Shown here piece after piece: positions 18,942 through 29,510 of a stretch of 64,000 nucleotides of DNA; position 1 is the stretch's first letter, and the number at the start of each line of letters is the position of its first letter. The translations under genes and the position numbers were made by a program. Location of the stretch: contig JAOABK010000001.1 in NCBI GenBank assembly GCA_026418415.1, positions 7,080-71,079 of the forward strand, given 5' to 3'. The notes under the pieces were generated by a model. The model had not been told where the DNA came from. It saw only the letters and a list, made by a program, of their open reading frames with translations, and did not search any database. Source of the DNA: Pseudomonadota bacterium. GTDB taxonomy: Bacteria; CALINM01.

Positions 18942-20582
18942 TTAGCTTTTCAAAATTCTTTTTGCGCTTTCATCAAGGGCATCTGTAATAAATGGTAATC
19001 CAGTTTCTCTTGCAGTTTCACGATTTGCTGCAACAATATCATCTCTTGAAATCTCGCTAAGAGAGAATTTTCTTGCACCTGCTAATAACTGCTGTAATCC
19101 AGCAGAAAGTTTATCCATTAAAGTCCACATTGCAATAGCACCAAAGGGTATGTTTTTCATCTCCTTTTTACCAACTTTTTTCTCTACATCATAATAGGAT
19201 GCAAATATTTCTTCTGGTTTTTCCCCAATTGCAGTAACCGAGGCTGGAAGTTTATCCCAGTTTCCATTGACTTCTGCTCTTCTCTCTGGTTTAAGAACAC
19301 CTTCAATGTTTGAACCGAGGAATCCAGGAATCATAGGGGCTCTTCCCATACATACAAGTTTTACAAAAGGTGCACCTAATGCAATTGCTTTAAAGATATG
19401 GTCTTCTCTTGCGAACCCACCAGCAAAAGCCATATCGACAACGTTTTTACCATTTGTTTTAAGGATTGATGCATATTCGTATGCCTTTGAATGGAGTAGT
19501 ATTGATGGCACACCCCATGTTTCCATCATATTCCAGGGGCTCATGCCAGTACCACCACCTGAGCCATCAATGGTAAGTAAATCTAAACCAGCTTCTGAAG
19601 CAAACTTAATTGACATAGCAAGGGCTTCCATACCATAGGAGCCTGTTTTTAAAGTAATTCTTTTATATCCCAATTTGCGAAGTCTTTTGACCTCTTTGTT
19701 GAAGGCATCCTGTACTTCTGCAACGTCACTTAGATTTGTATAACCAAGTCTACTATGTCTTGCAAAGGAGCGAATTGCTTTATGTTTAAATGCTTCCTGT
19801 ACCTCTGGAAGTGTTGGATCGGGGTCAACGACATATCCTCTTTTTTTCAAGAACAAGGCATATTCTAAATCTGTTACTTGAATTTCACCGCCAATGTCTT
19901 TTGCTCCCTGTCCCCATTTAAGTTCTATTATTACTTTATCACCGTATTTGTCTATAACATATTCAGCAACTCCATTTCTTGTATCTTCAACATTCATTTG
20001 AACGATAATTGCGCCATAACCATCAAAATAACGTAAAAATGTTTCAATTCTGCGATCTAATTCAGGAGCTTTAACAACTTTACCATTTTTAAATTCTGCT
20101 TTCTTATCAACCCCAACCACGTTTTCTCCTACTACTATAGGAAATCCAACTAATGCTGCACCAACAGCAAATGACTCCCAGTACCTTGCAGCAACAAAAG
20201 TGGAGCCTAAAGCCCCAGTCATTACTGGGATTCTTGCCTTTGTCTTTACTTTATTTCCGAAAGTTGTTTCTATGGAAACATTAGGAAAGATACAATCATC
20301 TGGAGTATTTGAAAGCCCTTTTGGAATTCCCTTAGCTCCATAGCAATATCCTTGGATTCTGATGGCATTGTAATTAACACCTATTGCAGTTGTGTTAGCA
20401 CTACCAGCAGTTACATAACCAAAGTCTCTTGGATAGAGAAGTTTTCTCCCCACAAGGCTTGAAAGCCAAGTTTCACATTTACCCGCGCAATCTGCTCTAC
20501 ATAAAGTACAAAGTCCTGATTCTGAGGGATTTCCACGGTTTGTTGTACCTAAAACATCATTTGTTTTTGGCCACTGTATCAT
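18942..20582 (-). CDS. Glutamate synthase domain-2-like FMN/Fe-S oxidoreductase (archaeal-type GltB)
   Basis: N-terminal Cys cluster CTLCRADCAGKC and the FMN-binding GltS domain (VMTGALG, GSGGGTG). Confidence 0.75.
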   Translation of the reverse strand: MIQWPKTNDVLGTTNRGNPSESGLCTLCRADCAGKCETWLSSLVGRKLLYPRDFGYVTAGSANTTAIGVNYNAIRIQGYCYGAKGIPKGLSNTPDDCIFPNVSIETTFGNKVKTKARIPVMTGALGSTFVAARYWESFAVGAALVGFPIVVGENVVGVDKKAEFKNGKVVKAPELDRRIETFLRYFDGYGAIIVQMNVEDTRNGVAEYVIDKYGDKVIIELKWGQGAKDIGGEIQVTDLEYALFLKKRGYVVDPDPTLPEVQEAFKHKAIRSFARHSRLGYTNLSDVAEVQDAFNKEVKRLRKLGYKRITLKTGSYGMEALAMSIKFASEAGLDLLTIDGSGGGTGMSPWNMMETWGVPSILLHSKAYEYASILKTNGKNVVDMAFAGGFAREDHIFKAIALGAPFVKLVCMGRAPMIPGFLGSNIEGVLKPERRAEVNGNWDKLPASVTAIGEKPEEIFASYYDVEKKVGKKEMKNIPFGAIAMWTLMDKLSAGLQQLLAGARKFSLSEISRDDIVAANRETARETGLPFITDALDESAKRILKS

Positions 20583-20652
20583 TTTTGCCTCCCCTATTAT
20601 TTTTTTAGACTATGTATTATATAATAAATAGAATCAATGTAAACTGAAAAAT

Positions 20653-20681
20653 TTGCTTTGTACTTAAAAATCTTTTATAAT
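20653..20681 (+). promoter_or_regulatory. Putative sigma70 promoter for miaB (TTGCTT-N17-TATAAT)
   Basis: -35 at 20653-20658 and -10 at 20676-20681, in the divergent intergenic region upstream of ATG 20692. Confidence 0.35.
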
Positions 20682-20691
20682 CAAAAGGGTT

Positions 20692-22017
20692 ATGGAAAGT
20701 TTTTATATTGAGACTTATGGTTGTCAAATGAATGAAGCTGATAGTGAATATATGGCTTCTATTCTAATGTCCTTAGGCTTTGAAAGGGCTGAGAATCTAA
20801 ATAAAGCTGATATTATACTTGTTAACACGTGTAGTATTAGGGAAAAGGCAGAAAAAAAAGTATTAAGTTTTGTTGGTAGAGTAAGACCCTTTAAAGAACA
20901 GAAAAATATAATTTTAGGTGTCTGTGGTTGTGTAGCAAAACAAGAGGGCGAAAAACTTTTGGGAAAAGCCCCTTATATCGATATGATTTTTGGTCCCTAT
21001 CAGATAAATAAATTACCCGAACTCTTAAGTAGAGTTAAAAGTTTAAAAAAGCCTGTTATAGCCCTCGATGATGAAGCTTGTTTTCAAAGAGATGTTAATG
21101 CTCTTGTTTATCCAGGAGTTAGAGCCTTTATCCCTATAATGCAAGGGTGTAATAACTTTTGTTCATATTGTATAGTACCTTATGTGCGAGGTAGAGAAGT
21201 AAGCAGGGAAGAAGAAGAAATTTTGTATGAGGTTAAGAGATTAGCAAAATTAGGTGTAAAAGAGGTAATGCTATTGGGGCAAAATGTGAATTCCTATGCT
21301 TTGGATAGAGGAGTAAAAGATGGTTTTGTTAGTCTAATAGAGAAAGTGTCTAAAGTAGAAGGGATTGAGAGAATTAGATTTACCACTTCACATCCAAAGG
21401 ATTTAACAGATAGTTTGATTAATGCCTTTGGCTATATAGATAAATTGTGTCCTCATATACATCTTCCCGTTCAATCAGGTTCAAATAAAGTTTTATCTCT
21501 CATGAATAGAAGATATTCGAGAGAAGAATATCTTGAAAAAGTTTATAAATTAAGAAAAGTATGCCCTGAAATATCAATTACCACTGATATCATTGTTGGA
21601 TTTCCAGGCGAAGATGATAGAGATTTTGAAGACACTTTGGATTTATATAAGCAAGTAAATTTTGACAGTGCCTTTTCTTTTAAATTTTCTCCAAGGCCGG
21701 GGACAAAGGCATCTAATATGACAAATATAGTTCCCGAAGAGATTAAACAATCGAGACTTGAAATACTTCAAGAATTACAAAAAAGTATAACCTATGATAA
21801 AAATAAAATGCTAGAAAATAAAATATTGCCTGTTCTTATTGAAAGTAAAAGCAAGAAAAATGAGGGTGAGTTTGTTGGTAGAACACCCTGCTTTAGGGTT
21901 ACAAATATTATTTGTAATAATGTTAAATCATTGGATATGATCGGTCAAATAGTAGATGTAAAAATACTAAAGGGATTGAAAAATTCTCTCAAAGCACAAT
22001 TAGTAAATGGAGATTAG
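20692..22017 (+). CDS. miaB: tRNA-2-methylthio-N6-dimethylallyladenosine synthase (radical SAM methylthiotransferase)
   Basis: MTTase N-terminal domain (YIETYGCQMNEADSE) and radical SAM core CSYCIVP, with a TRAM domain. Confidence 0.9.
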   Translation: MESFYIETYGCQMNEADSEYMASILMSLGFERAENLNKADIILVNTCSIREKAEKKVLSFVGRVRPFKEQKNIILGVCGCVAKQEGEKLLGKAPYIDMIFGPYQINKLPELLSRVKSLKKPVIALDDEACFQRDVNALVYPGVRAFIPIMQGCNNFCSYCIVPYVRGREVSREEEEILYEVKRLAKLGVKEVMLLGQNVNSYALDRGVKDGFVSLIEKVSKVEGIERIRFTTSHPKDLTDSLINAFGYIDKLCPHIHLPVQSGSNKVLSLMNRRYSREEYLEKVYKLRKVCPEISITTDIIVGFPGEDDRDFEDTLDLYKQVNFDSAFSFKFSPRPGTKASNMTNIVPEEIKQSRLEILQELQKSITYDKNKMLENKILPVLIESKSKKNEGEFVGRTPCFRVTNIICNNVKSLDMIGQIVDVKILKGLKNSLKAQLVNGD

Positions 22018-22503
22018 ATGGATGAATTAGTTGAGGTAAGAGTTTTAACACTTCTGTTTGATAATGCTAATCAAACACCTGTTCTACTACTAAAAGAAAA
22101 AAAGGGTAGTAGAGTTCTTCCCATATGGATAGGTGTTTTTGAAGCTCAGTCTATATTGATGGCATTAAAAGGGATAATGTTACACAGACCCCTTACCCAT
22201 GATTTATGTTTAGATATAATTAGTTCTCTTGGTGGAAAATTAAAAAAAGTAGTGATTAACAAAATTGAGAAAGGAACATTCTATGCAGAGCTTATATTGG
22301 AATATAAGAGAAATAAAGTAGTTGTTGATGCAAGACCAAGCGATTCTGTTGCAATGGCTTTAAGAAATAATGTGCCCATATATGTAAACAAAACAGTGAT
22401 TGAGATAGCATCAATTCCTGATGAAGAACACTTAGATGAAAAAAAATGGGAAAATATACTTGAAAATATACCCGATGAAGCTTTTGGAAAATATAGTATG
22501 TAG
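22018..22503 (+). CDS. Bifunctional nuclease (BFN/DUF151) family protein
   Basis: 161 aa with the DUF151 core (PVLLLKE...RVLPIWIG..EA..I ... RPSDSVAMALR). Confidence 0.7.
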   Translation: MDELVEVRVLTLLFDNANQTPVLLLKEKKGSRVLPIWIGVFEAQSILMALKGIMLHRPLTHDLCLDIISSLGGKLKKVVINKIEKGTFYAELILEYKRNKVVVDARPSDSVAMALRNNVPIYVNKTVIEIASIPDEEHLDEKKWENILENIPDEAFGKYSM

Positions 22504-22510
22504 ATAGGAA

Positions 22511-24328
22511 ATGAAAAAAAATAAAATTCTCATTATTGATGATTCTCATGAAACATGTAGGGAATTGGCACAGTTTTTATTTGAGCAGGGCTTCGATGTT
22601 ATTGAAGCTAATTCCTTTGATGATGCAAAAAAAATCATTCAAGATACAAGATTCGATATAATCTTTTTTAGCCAACAACAGGTTTTAGATTCTATTTCTG
22701 AAAATTTAAATCAAATAAGGATACATTCTAAAGATGCAGATATAATATTTGTAGGTTCTTATGAAATGCTTAATCTGGTAAAAGATAATTTGAAAAAAGG
22801 AATTAGCGACTTTGTCTTAAAACCCTATAACAATGAAGAAGTAATGTTTGTTCTTAATAGGCTTATTAAAAAAAAGGGGATAGAAAAGAAATTAGATTTT
22901 TTTCTTTATGAGAATATAGAACTAATAGAACTAATAAGTCTATATAGGAGTCTTTTAAGATTAGTAATTATCTTAGAATTGGATAGTTTGAAAGATCAAA
23001 TTTTAGAGGAAATTCTTAACTTTACTTTTGCTAAGGTAGCAGTAATGTATACCCTGAATGATGCAAATGATGATTTTCTCTTTTATGATAGACATAGAGG
23101 ATCAATTCAATTTCATAATCTTGAAAATAAAATTCAAAAGAAAACTTTAGAAGGTGCAGATTCATCATTTTTTTTCAGCAAAGATCAGCTAAATCTGCCA
23201 ATAAGGACAGAAGAAAGATTGTATTGTTTAATTAAAGTTATTGAGCCACAATTCAAAGATGGTTTTAGAGAGAAGGAATTCAATAAAGCGCTGCATTTTT
23301 GCGAATTTTTACCCTATGCATTTGAAAATGCTATGAGGTTTGAGGCTCTTAGAAAATGTAATGTAAAAGATTACGAAACTAATGCATACTATTGGGATAT
23401 TTTCAAAGATTTTGTAAATAAAGAGATCTTTAAAGCAATAAGATACGATAGAAGGCTCTCCTTGTTAGGCATAAGAATAGAAAATCTTGATGAAGTTAGA
23501 AGATATCATTCTGAGAAAGTAATAAAGAAGACTGTACTCGATATCATTTCAAGTATTAATAATATTATCAGAGAATCTGATTGGTTTGTTGAGAAAAAAG
23601 TTGGAGATTATTTAGTTTTCCTTACAGAAACAGATTATTTTGGTGCATTGATGACTATTCCAAGGATAAAAAAAGCACTCACAGGCAGATGTATAATAAG
23701 AGGAGCCCAAAGAGTAGATGAATTGTATTTGAATATTGCAGCTGTCGGTTTACCATTACATGGTGTTAGTTTAGAGAGTCTTTTAGAGAGTTTGAATATA
23801 AAGTTGAATATTAGTAAAGATAGCTTAGCTTATAAACTTGAGATACACAAACTTAGTTTTGAAGAGGTTTGTTTGGGATTACTTAATATTAACATCAGTG
23901 ATCAAATAAAAAATGATAGATTATATGTATGGCAGAATAGAAATAATAAATTTTTTTATGAAAATCTTTTGTTTCTTCTTGATGAACTAAAAATTCATCC
24001 TTCAAGAAGAGGTGTTTTTTATGTTGGTTTTTTTGATGGTAAAAATGTGGTAACGTTGATTAAAAACAGAAATCTACAAAACCTGTCAACGAAAATATAT
24101 TTCTTTTGTAATGAAAATAAGGATGATTTAGATTATCCTGGGATTATTGCTGTAGGATCTAAAAAAGTAAATATTACTGATTTCTACTTTATTTTGTCTT
24201 TAAATGAACATTATACTTATATGTTATTGAGCAATGGTGAGAAGTTTTTTGAAAGTAGCGACTTTTTATTAGTGCAAGAACTAATATCTAAATTGCAATC
24301 AGAATATCATTTACAATGGCAATTATAG
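22511..24328 (+). CDS. Response regulator with receiver domain and degenerate GGDEF-like domain
   Basis: CheY-like receiver at the N-terminus. The central region follows the GGDEF layout, but the GG(D/E)EF site reads GDYLVFL, so cyclase activity is unlikely. Confidence 0.55.
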   Translation: MKKNKILIIDDSHETCRELAQFLFEQGFDVIEANSFDDAKKIIQDTRFDIIFFSQQQVLDSISENLNQIRIHSKDADIIFVGSYEMLNLVKDNLKKGISDFVLKPYNNEEVMFVLNRLIKKKGIEKKLDFFLYENIELIELISLYRSLLRLVIILELDSLKDQILEEILNFTFAKVAVMYTLNDANDDFLFYDRHRGSIQFHNLENKIQKKTLEGADSSFFFSKDQLNLPIRTEERLYCLIKVIEPQFKDGFREKEFNKALHFCEFLPYAFENAMRFEALRKCNVKDYETNAYYWDIFKDFVNKEIFKAIRYDRRLSLLGIRIENLDEVRRYHSEKVIKKTVLDIISSINNIIRESDWFVEKKVGDYLVFLTETDYFGALMTIPRIKKALTGRCIIRGAQRVDELYLNIAAVGLPLHGVSLESLLESLNIKLNISKDSLAYKLEIHKLSFEEVCLGLLNINISDQIKNDRLYVWQNRNNKFFYENLLFLLDELKIHPSRRGVFYVGFFDGKNVVTLIKNRNLQNLSTKIYFFCNENKDDLDYPGIIAVGSKKVNITDFYFILSLNEHYTYMLLSNGEKFFESSDFLLVQELISKLQSEYHLQWQL

Positions 24329-24329
24329 G

Positions 24330-25766
24330 ATGAGAAAAATAAAAGTTTTGATAGCTGAGTGGGAACAAAAAAATTTAGAAGATATTCTAAATCTTCTTGA
24401 TAAGGAAAATTACGAAGTAATAAAAGCTTCTGATGGAGTTGAGGCTTTGCAACTGGCTTTGCAGAATGTGCCAGATTTCATTATGCTTTCTCTTGATTTA
24501 CCCCTTATTGATGGTGTTAAGTTGAGTCAAATCTTAAGGACAAATCCAAGAACAGAAGGGATACCAATTTTTTACATGAACGATAAAGCTATTCAGCTTT
24601 CTCATTTTAGAAGAAATATAGATTATTTTATAATTAAGCCATTCAATAAAGATGAATTGAAAAAGATACTTTCAACTGTCAGAAAAAAAATCTTGAATGT
24701 TTATGATAAAAGATTTGAGGAAGAATTTGCCGGAAATCTTAAACAGATGGGATTACCAGATCTTATACAAATTTTGACCATTAATAAAAGAACTGGTAAT
24801 TTATATATATATGAAACACAAAAAAAAGATAATATACTTGGCGTTGTTGTTTTAAATGAAGGAAGAATAATTAATGCGAAATCTGGTAACACTAAAAAAA
24901 CAAAGGCTTTTTATAGGATCCTAAATTTAAAGGAAGGGTATTTTAGTTTTATTCCCGGTGAACCATCCATGGCAGAAGAAATTTTTGAGGGTTCAGATTC
25001 TCTAATAATGGAGGGCCTAAGACAGATTGATGAATTTATTGAATTACGTAATAAAATTCCAAAAGATGCAAAGATTCATTTAAAGATCAAAAGCACACAA
25101 TTACCTAATAATTTGAGACCTATAACGAAAGAAGTTTTAACAGCTATTGAAATATTTCCCGATATAAATGACCTAATAGACAATGTGGATGCTACAGATT
25201 ATGAAATTCTAAAGATTCTAAATGCTCTATGGGAAAAAGGCATAATTAAATTTGAAACTGCTAAAAGAGAAGAAACTTTTGTTAAAACCAGTTTTTCTTC
25301 AGACGTGATTATTGAGCTCAAAAGGAAATTGGCTAAAACTTTTTTTGATATAAGGTGGACAAATAATATTTATCTCCTATTTTTTATGAATGATAATACA
25401 CCAGCCCCAAATCTGCTAAAATTCTTAAATTGTATTAATTTTGAATCAAATAGAGATAATGTTCTTGATTTACTGAATTCAAGAAGCAAAATGGGGTATA
25501 TGGGAAAGGTTAAGTTAGTGGAAAGCTTATTATTGCATCTTTTTTATTTTTCTGGAATAGCGCCAACTATACCTCTTTGGGAATCGGTTTTAAAAAATTC
25601 GGTAGGAGCAGTTGTTATAGGTAAAAGGGATATATTTAGAGAGATAATTGGTTATTTAGGAAGGCGATATGTTGTTATTGAAGAAAAGGATTTGAATAAT
25701 ATTGAATATGTTACGAAAAGTATAGAAAAAATATTTGAATCCTTTATTATTATGGAGGAAAAATGA
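24330..25766 (+). CDS. Response regulator receiver + DUF4388 (PatA-like) domain protein
   Basis: Receiver domain (VLIAEWEQ..., IIKPF) followed by a DUF4388 signature (GNLKQMGLPDLIQILTINKRTGNLYI). Confidence 0.6.
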   Translation: MRKIKVLIAEWEQKNLEDILNLLDKENYEVIKASDGVEALQLALQNVPDFIMLSLDLPLIDGVKLSQILRTNPRTEGIPIFYMNDKAIQLSHFRRNIDYFIIKPFNKDELKKILSTVRKKILNVYDKRFEEEFAGNLKQMGLPDLIQILTINKRTGNLYIYETQKKDNILGVVVLNEGRIINAKSGNTKKTKAFYRILNLKEGYFSFIPGEPSMAEEIFEGSDSLIMEGLRQIDEFIELRNKIPKDAKIHLKIKSTQLPNNLRPITKEVLTAIEIFPDINDLIDNVDATDYEILKILNALWEKGIIKFETAKREETFVKTSFSSDVIIELKRKLAKTFFDIRWTNNIYLLFFMNDNTPAPNLLKFLNCINFESNRDNVLDLLNSRSKMGYMGKVKLVESLLLHLFYFSGIAPTIPLWESVLKNSVGAVVIGKRDIFREIIGYLGRRYVVIEEKDLNNIEYVTKSIEKIFESFIIMEEK

Positions 25767-26410
25767 TAGATTTACATACCCATACAATTTATTCTGATGG
25801 AGAATTGATCCCCTTTGAGTTAGTAAGAAGGGCAGAAAATATCGGTTATAAATATATTGCATTGACAGATCATATGGATTTTTCTTCTTTTGAGTTTGTT
25901 ATTCCCAAGCTTGTGAAAGCTGCAAAGAAATTAAATGAGGTCAGTAAAACTACTGTAATTCCTGGATGTGAAATAACCCATATTCCGCCTTCACTTATGA
26001 AAGAAGCAGTAAGAGAAGCAAGGAAACTGGGGGCAAAAATAGTGATCGGTCATGGAGAAAGTCCAGTCGAACCAGTTCTTGTAGGAACAAACCGATCTGC
26101 AATAGATGCTAAAGTTGATATATTAGCACATCCAGGCTTAATAACCGAAGAGGATGTAAAAAGAGCTATAAAGAATAATGTAATTTTAGAAATTACCGCA
26201 AGAGGTGGACATAATATTACAAATGGTCATGTTGCTAAATTAGCAAAAAAATATGGTGCTTTAGTTACGGTTAACACAGATGCCCATAGTCCAAGAGATT
26301 TAATAACCTTCGATTTTGCTAAAATAGTTGCAATCGGAGCAGGATTTGATGAAAATGATTTTTATAAAGCCTATAACTTGGTTGAAAAGTGGTTATCAAC
26401 AAAGTTCTAA
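25763..26410 (+). CDS. PHP-domain metal-dependent phosphoesterase
   Basis: PHP metal-ligand motifs DLHTHTIYSDG, TDH and NTDAHS. ATGA overlap with the upstream gene. Confidence 0.7.
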   Translation: MIDLHTHTIYSDGELIPFELVRRAENIGYKYIALTDHMDFSSFEFVIPKLVKAAKKLNEVSKTTVIPGCEITHIPPSLMKEAVREARKLGAKIVIGHGESPVEPVLVGTNRSAIDAKVDILAHPGLITEEDVKRAIKNNVILEITARGGHNITNGHVAKLAKKYGALVTVNTDAHSPRDLITFDFAKIVAIGAGFDENDFYKAYNLVEKWLSTKF

Positions 26411-27033
26411 CTACAGATAAATTACCAGAATTTATTCAATATTTCTTTACTTCCAAGTACATAGCCTATTGGTTGGGAATAAAAATTACTCAGATAGATG
26501 AGATTAGAGAATATGCAATTGAGAACATACTTGATATTGAAAATAAATTTTTAAGAATAATTTTTGCTGATTACCAAGTTAAGGAGTTAGAAAATAATCT
26601 TGATGATAGATTAAAGGTGGAAGATATTGCTGATTTTGTAAGATTTATAATTGATTATTATGATGATATTGAGGATTTTTTAGCCGAGAGAGAAGAGAGT
26701 TTTTATGTAGAATTTGTATTTCAAGTCCCTTTTATTTGGAATAGCAGGTTTTCAAAAGAGGAAAGGGAAACTTTTTTTTCAGATCCCAAAGCAAAGTATT
26801 ATGCAACAATTAGAAATAATTATATTGGCAGGATGATTTTGATAAAGAGCAGTTTGGATATTATAGATACCAATAATGATGAGTGTTTAGTGCAGTTTTA
26901 CTTTGAAGATCAAGGAGATTTAGATCTCCTCCTTTTATTTCCTAAGTTTCTAAAAAAATACTGGGTTACTATAATTGATAGAATAGTAAAATCAAGCGGA
27001 TATTCAATACCCTTCGAGATAAGCGATTGCTGA
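26389..27033 (+). CDS. Hypothetical protein
   Basis: 214-aa ORF with no recognisable motifs. The true start may be internal. Confidence 0.35.
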   Translation: MVINKVLTTDKLPEFIQYFFTSKYIAYWLGIKITQIDEIREYAIENILDIENKFLRIIFADYQVKELENNLDDRLKVEDIADFVRFIIDYYDDIEDFLAEREESFYVEFVFQVPFIWNSRFSKEERETFFSDPKAKYYATIRNNYIGRMILIKSSLDIIDTNNDECLVQFYFEDQGDLDLLLLFPKFLKKYWVTIIDRIVKSSGYSIPFEISDC

Positions 27034-27912
27034 AAGTGCTGCTGTGCATCCATCGCCAACAGCAGTAGCAATTTGTTTATAGGGTTTTAATACACAATCT
27101 CCAGCTGCAAAGATCCAAGGTATGCTTGTCTGATTTTTGTTATTTACCTTTATGTATCCATTTTCGTCAAGATCTACAATATTTTTTAAGAATTCAGTTT
27201 TTGGTGTATACCCAACAAAAATAAAAAGACCATCGAGTGGTAAAAAGGTAGTCTCACCAGTAATTTTATTTTTTATATTAACGCCCCTTAATGATTCTTG
27301 ACCTTCTATTGAATCTATTATAGTATTCCAAATTATCTCTATTTTTTTGTGTTCAAATACTCTTTCTTGTAAACATTTCTCAGCCCTTAATCTATCTCTT
27401 CGATGAATTAAATATACTTTTTGAGCAAAATTTGTAAGAAACAGAGCTTCTTCTACTGCTGTATTACCACCACCGACAACAGCAACAACTTGATCTCTAA
27501 AAAAAGCACCATCGCAGGTTGCACAGTATGATATGCCTCTGCCTGTCAATTCTTCTTCTTTAGGTAAATTTAGTTTAGATGGAGTTGCTCCAGTTGCAAT
27601 AATTAAAGCTTTGCATTTGTATTCACTATTTTCAGTTATTATTTTTTTATTGTCTAAATCTATTAATTTAACACTATCGAATATAATTTCTGTACCAAAT
27701 TTCTTTGCCTGTTCTTCCATAAGCATTGCAAGTTCTGGGCCCATAATGCCTTTAGGAAAACCAGGATAGTTTTCTATTTCTGTAGTTATTATTATCTGTC
27801 CACCAATCGCTTTTTCTTCAATTACAAGGGTGCTATGCCTTGCTCTACTTGTGTAGATTGCTGATGTGAGTCCAGCAGGACCACCGCCAATAATAATGAT
27901 ATCTTTTTCCAT
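27004..27912 (-). CDS. trxB: Thioredoxin-disulfide reductase
   Basis: FAD motif IIGGGPAG, redox-active CATC, and NADPH motif GGGNTA. Confidence 0.9.
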   Translation of the reverse strand: MEKDIIIIGGGPAGLTSAIYTSRARHSTLVIEEKAIGGQIIITTEIENYPGFPKGIMGPELAMLMEEQAKKFGTEIIFDSVKLIDLDNKKIITENSEYKCKALIIATGATPSKLNLPKEEELTGRGISYCATCDGAFFRDQVVAVVGGGNTAVEEALFLTNFAQKVYLIHRRDRLRAEKCLQERVFEHKKIEIIWNTIIDSIEGQESLRGVNIKNKITGETTFLPLDGLFIFVGYTPKTEFLKNIVDLDENGYIKVNNKNQTSIPWIFAAGDCVLKPYKQIATAVGDGCTAALSAIAYLEGY

Positions 27913-27966
27913 AATTTACTCCAAAAAAATTTTTGCAAAAGTCACAAATCATTATATACTTATTGC

Positions 27967-28776
27967 ATGTGGCAGGCAACACTTGAGTATGCTAATGATA
28001 ATGAAAAAGATAACATATTGAATTGTTTATATCTTTTTAACATAAAAGGGATATGGGAAAAAGAGGGAAAACTTATAGTCTATTTTGAAGATAAAGAGGA
28101 ACTCGATTCATTTAAAGAGAGTTTACAAGATAGGAAATTATTTTTTAGACGTGTTAAGGATAACTTAAAATGGAATTCTTTGTGGAAAAAGTTTCATAGA
28201 CCTGTTTCAATAAGACCATTTTTTATAACACCCACATTTTTTAAAGGAAGGAAACCAAAGGGGTTGAGAAAGATATTAGTAAAGCCCTCTTTTGCCTTTG
28301 GTACAGGTAGTCATGCTACTACAAAGATATGTATATATTTTTTAGTGAAATATGTAAAAAAGGGAATGAAGGTAATTGATATGGGAACTGGAACTGGTAT
28401 ACTTGCTATTATCTCAGAAAAACTCGGTGCAGAGGAAGTGTATGCAACTGACATTGATCCTATCGCTTTAAAAGAGGCTAAAGATAATATAAAAAGGAAT
28501 CGTTGCAAAAAGATAGTTTTAGGAAATGAAATAGATAATTTAAATAATTTTTTTGATTTATGTGTTGCCAACATTGTTTTGGATGAATTATTAAAATTAA
28601 AAGAACTTTTTAAAAAAATATTAAAAGAAAAAGGAATTTTAATACTATCTGGTATTTTAGAGGAGCAAATAGAAGAATTATTAGAAAAATATAGCGATAG
28701 TTTCAGACTTATTAATCGTAAAAAAAAGAGGGACAGAAATTTTAATTGGTTTGGCTTAGTATTTGAAAAAATATGA
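27967..28776 (+). CDS. prmA: Ribosomal protein L11 methyltransferase
   Basis: PrmA core FGTGSHATT...DMGTGTGILAI...DIDP. Confidence 0.8.
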   Translation: MWQATLEYANDNEKDNILNCLYLFNIKGIWEKEGKLIVYFEDKEELDSFKESLQDRKLFFRRVKDNLKWNSLWKKFHRPVSIRPFFITPTFFKGRKPKGLRKILVKPSFAFGTGSHATTKICIYFLVKYVKKGMKVIDMGTGTGILAIISEKLGAEEVYATDIDPIALKEAKDNIKRNRCKKIVLGNEIDNLNNFFDLCVANIVLDELLKLKELFKKILKEKGILILSGILEEQIEELLEKYSDSFRLINRKKKRDRNFNWFGLVFEKI

Positions 28777-29510
28777 CAATTCCAAGAATATTTTTAAAAA
28801 GATTGCTAATTGAAGATGATACATTAGAAATAGACAATAAAAATTTTCACTATCTTGTGAGGATAATGAGGTTAAAAAGAAATGATAAGTTTTATTGTGT
28901 GGATGAAACTGGTAGAGAATTCATGGGTGTGATTTTGGAAATTGGAAAAGAAAAGTTGGTTGCTAAATTTAATTTTTTAAAGACTTTGCCTGAAAATGAT
29001 TATGTTGTAAATTTATATTTTGGTATGTTGAAGGGTGATAAAAATGAATTGGTTGTTAACATCGCTTCTTCTCTTGGAGTTTCAAGGATAATTCCTGTTA
29101 TTATGGAAAGAACAGTTGTTAAATTAGATGAAAAAAAGGCTTATATAAAAAAAGAAAGGCTTCAAAAAGTTGCTATTGAATCGGCAAGGACTTCTTATCT
29201 AAATAAAAAACCTATAATAGAAGATATTAAAAACTTAAAAGATCTAATTTTCGATAAGAATTCGCTAAAAATTTTATTTTCAGAAAAGGTAGGGATACCA
29301 GACTTTATAGAATATAAAGAAAAGATAATAAATGCGACGAATTTGACATTTTTTTTTGGTCCTGAGGGTGGTATTAGTGATGGAGAGTATGAATTTCTTC
29401 TAAAAAATGATTTTATGCCACTTTCATTAGGTAGTAGAGTAGTAAAAGCTGAAATTGCGATTTTATATTCGATTTCCGTTATAAGATTTCTAAAAGCAGG
29501 TAAATTATAG
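28773..29510 (+). CDS. rsmE: 16S rRNA (uracil1498-N3)-methyltransferase, RsmE family
   Basis: SPOUT-class RsmE layout (PUA-like N-terminus, GPEGG motif). ATGA overlap with prmA. Confidence 0.75.
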   Translation: MTIPRIFLKRLLIEDDTLEIDNKNFHYLVRIMRLKRNDKFYCVDETGREFMGVILEIGKEKLVAKFNFLKTLPENDYVVNLYFGMLKGDKNELVVNIASSLGVSRIIPVIMERTVVKLDEKKAYIKKERLQKVAIESARTSYLNKKPIIEDIKNLKDLIFDKNSLKILFSEKVGIPDFIEYKEKIINATNLTFFFGPEGGISDGEYEFLLKNDFMPLSLGSRVVKAEIAILYSISVIRFLKAGKL

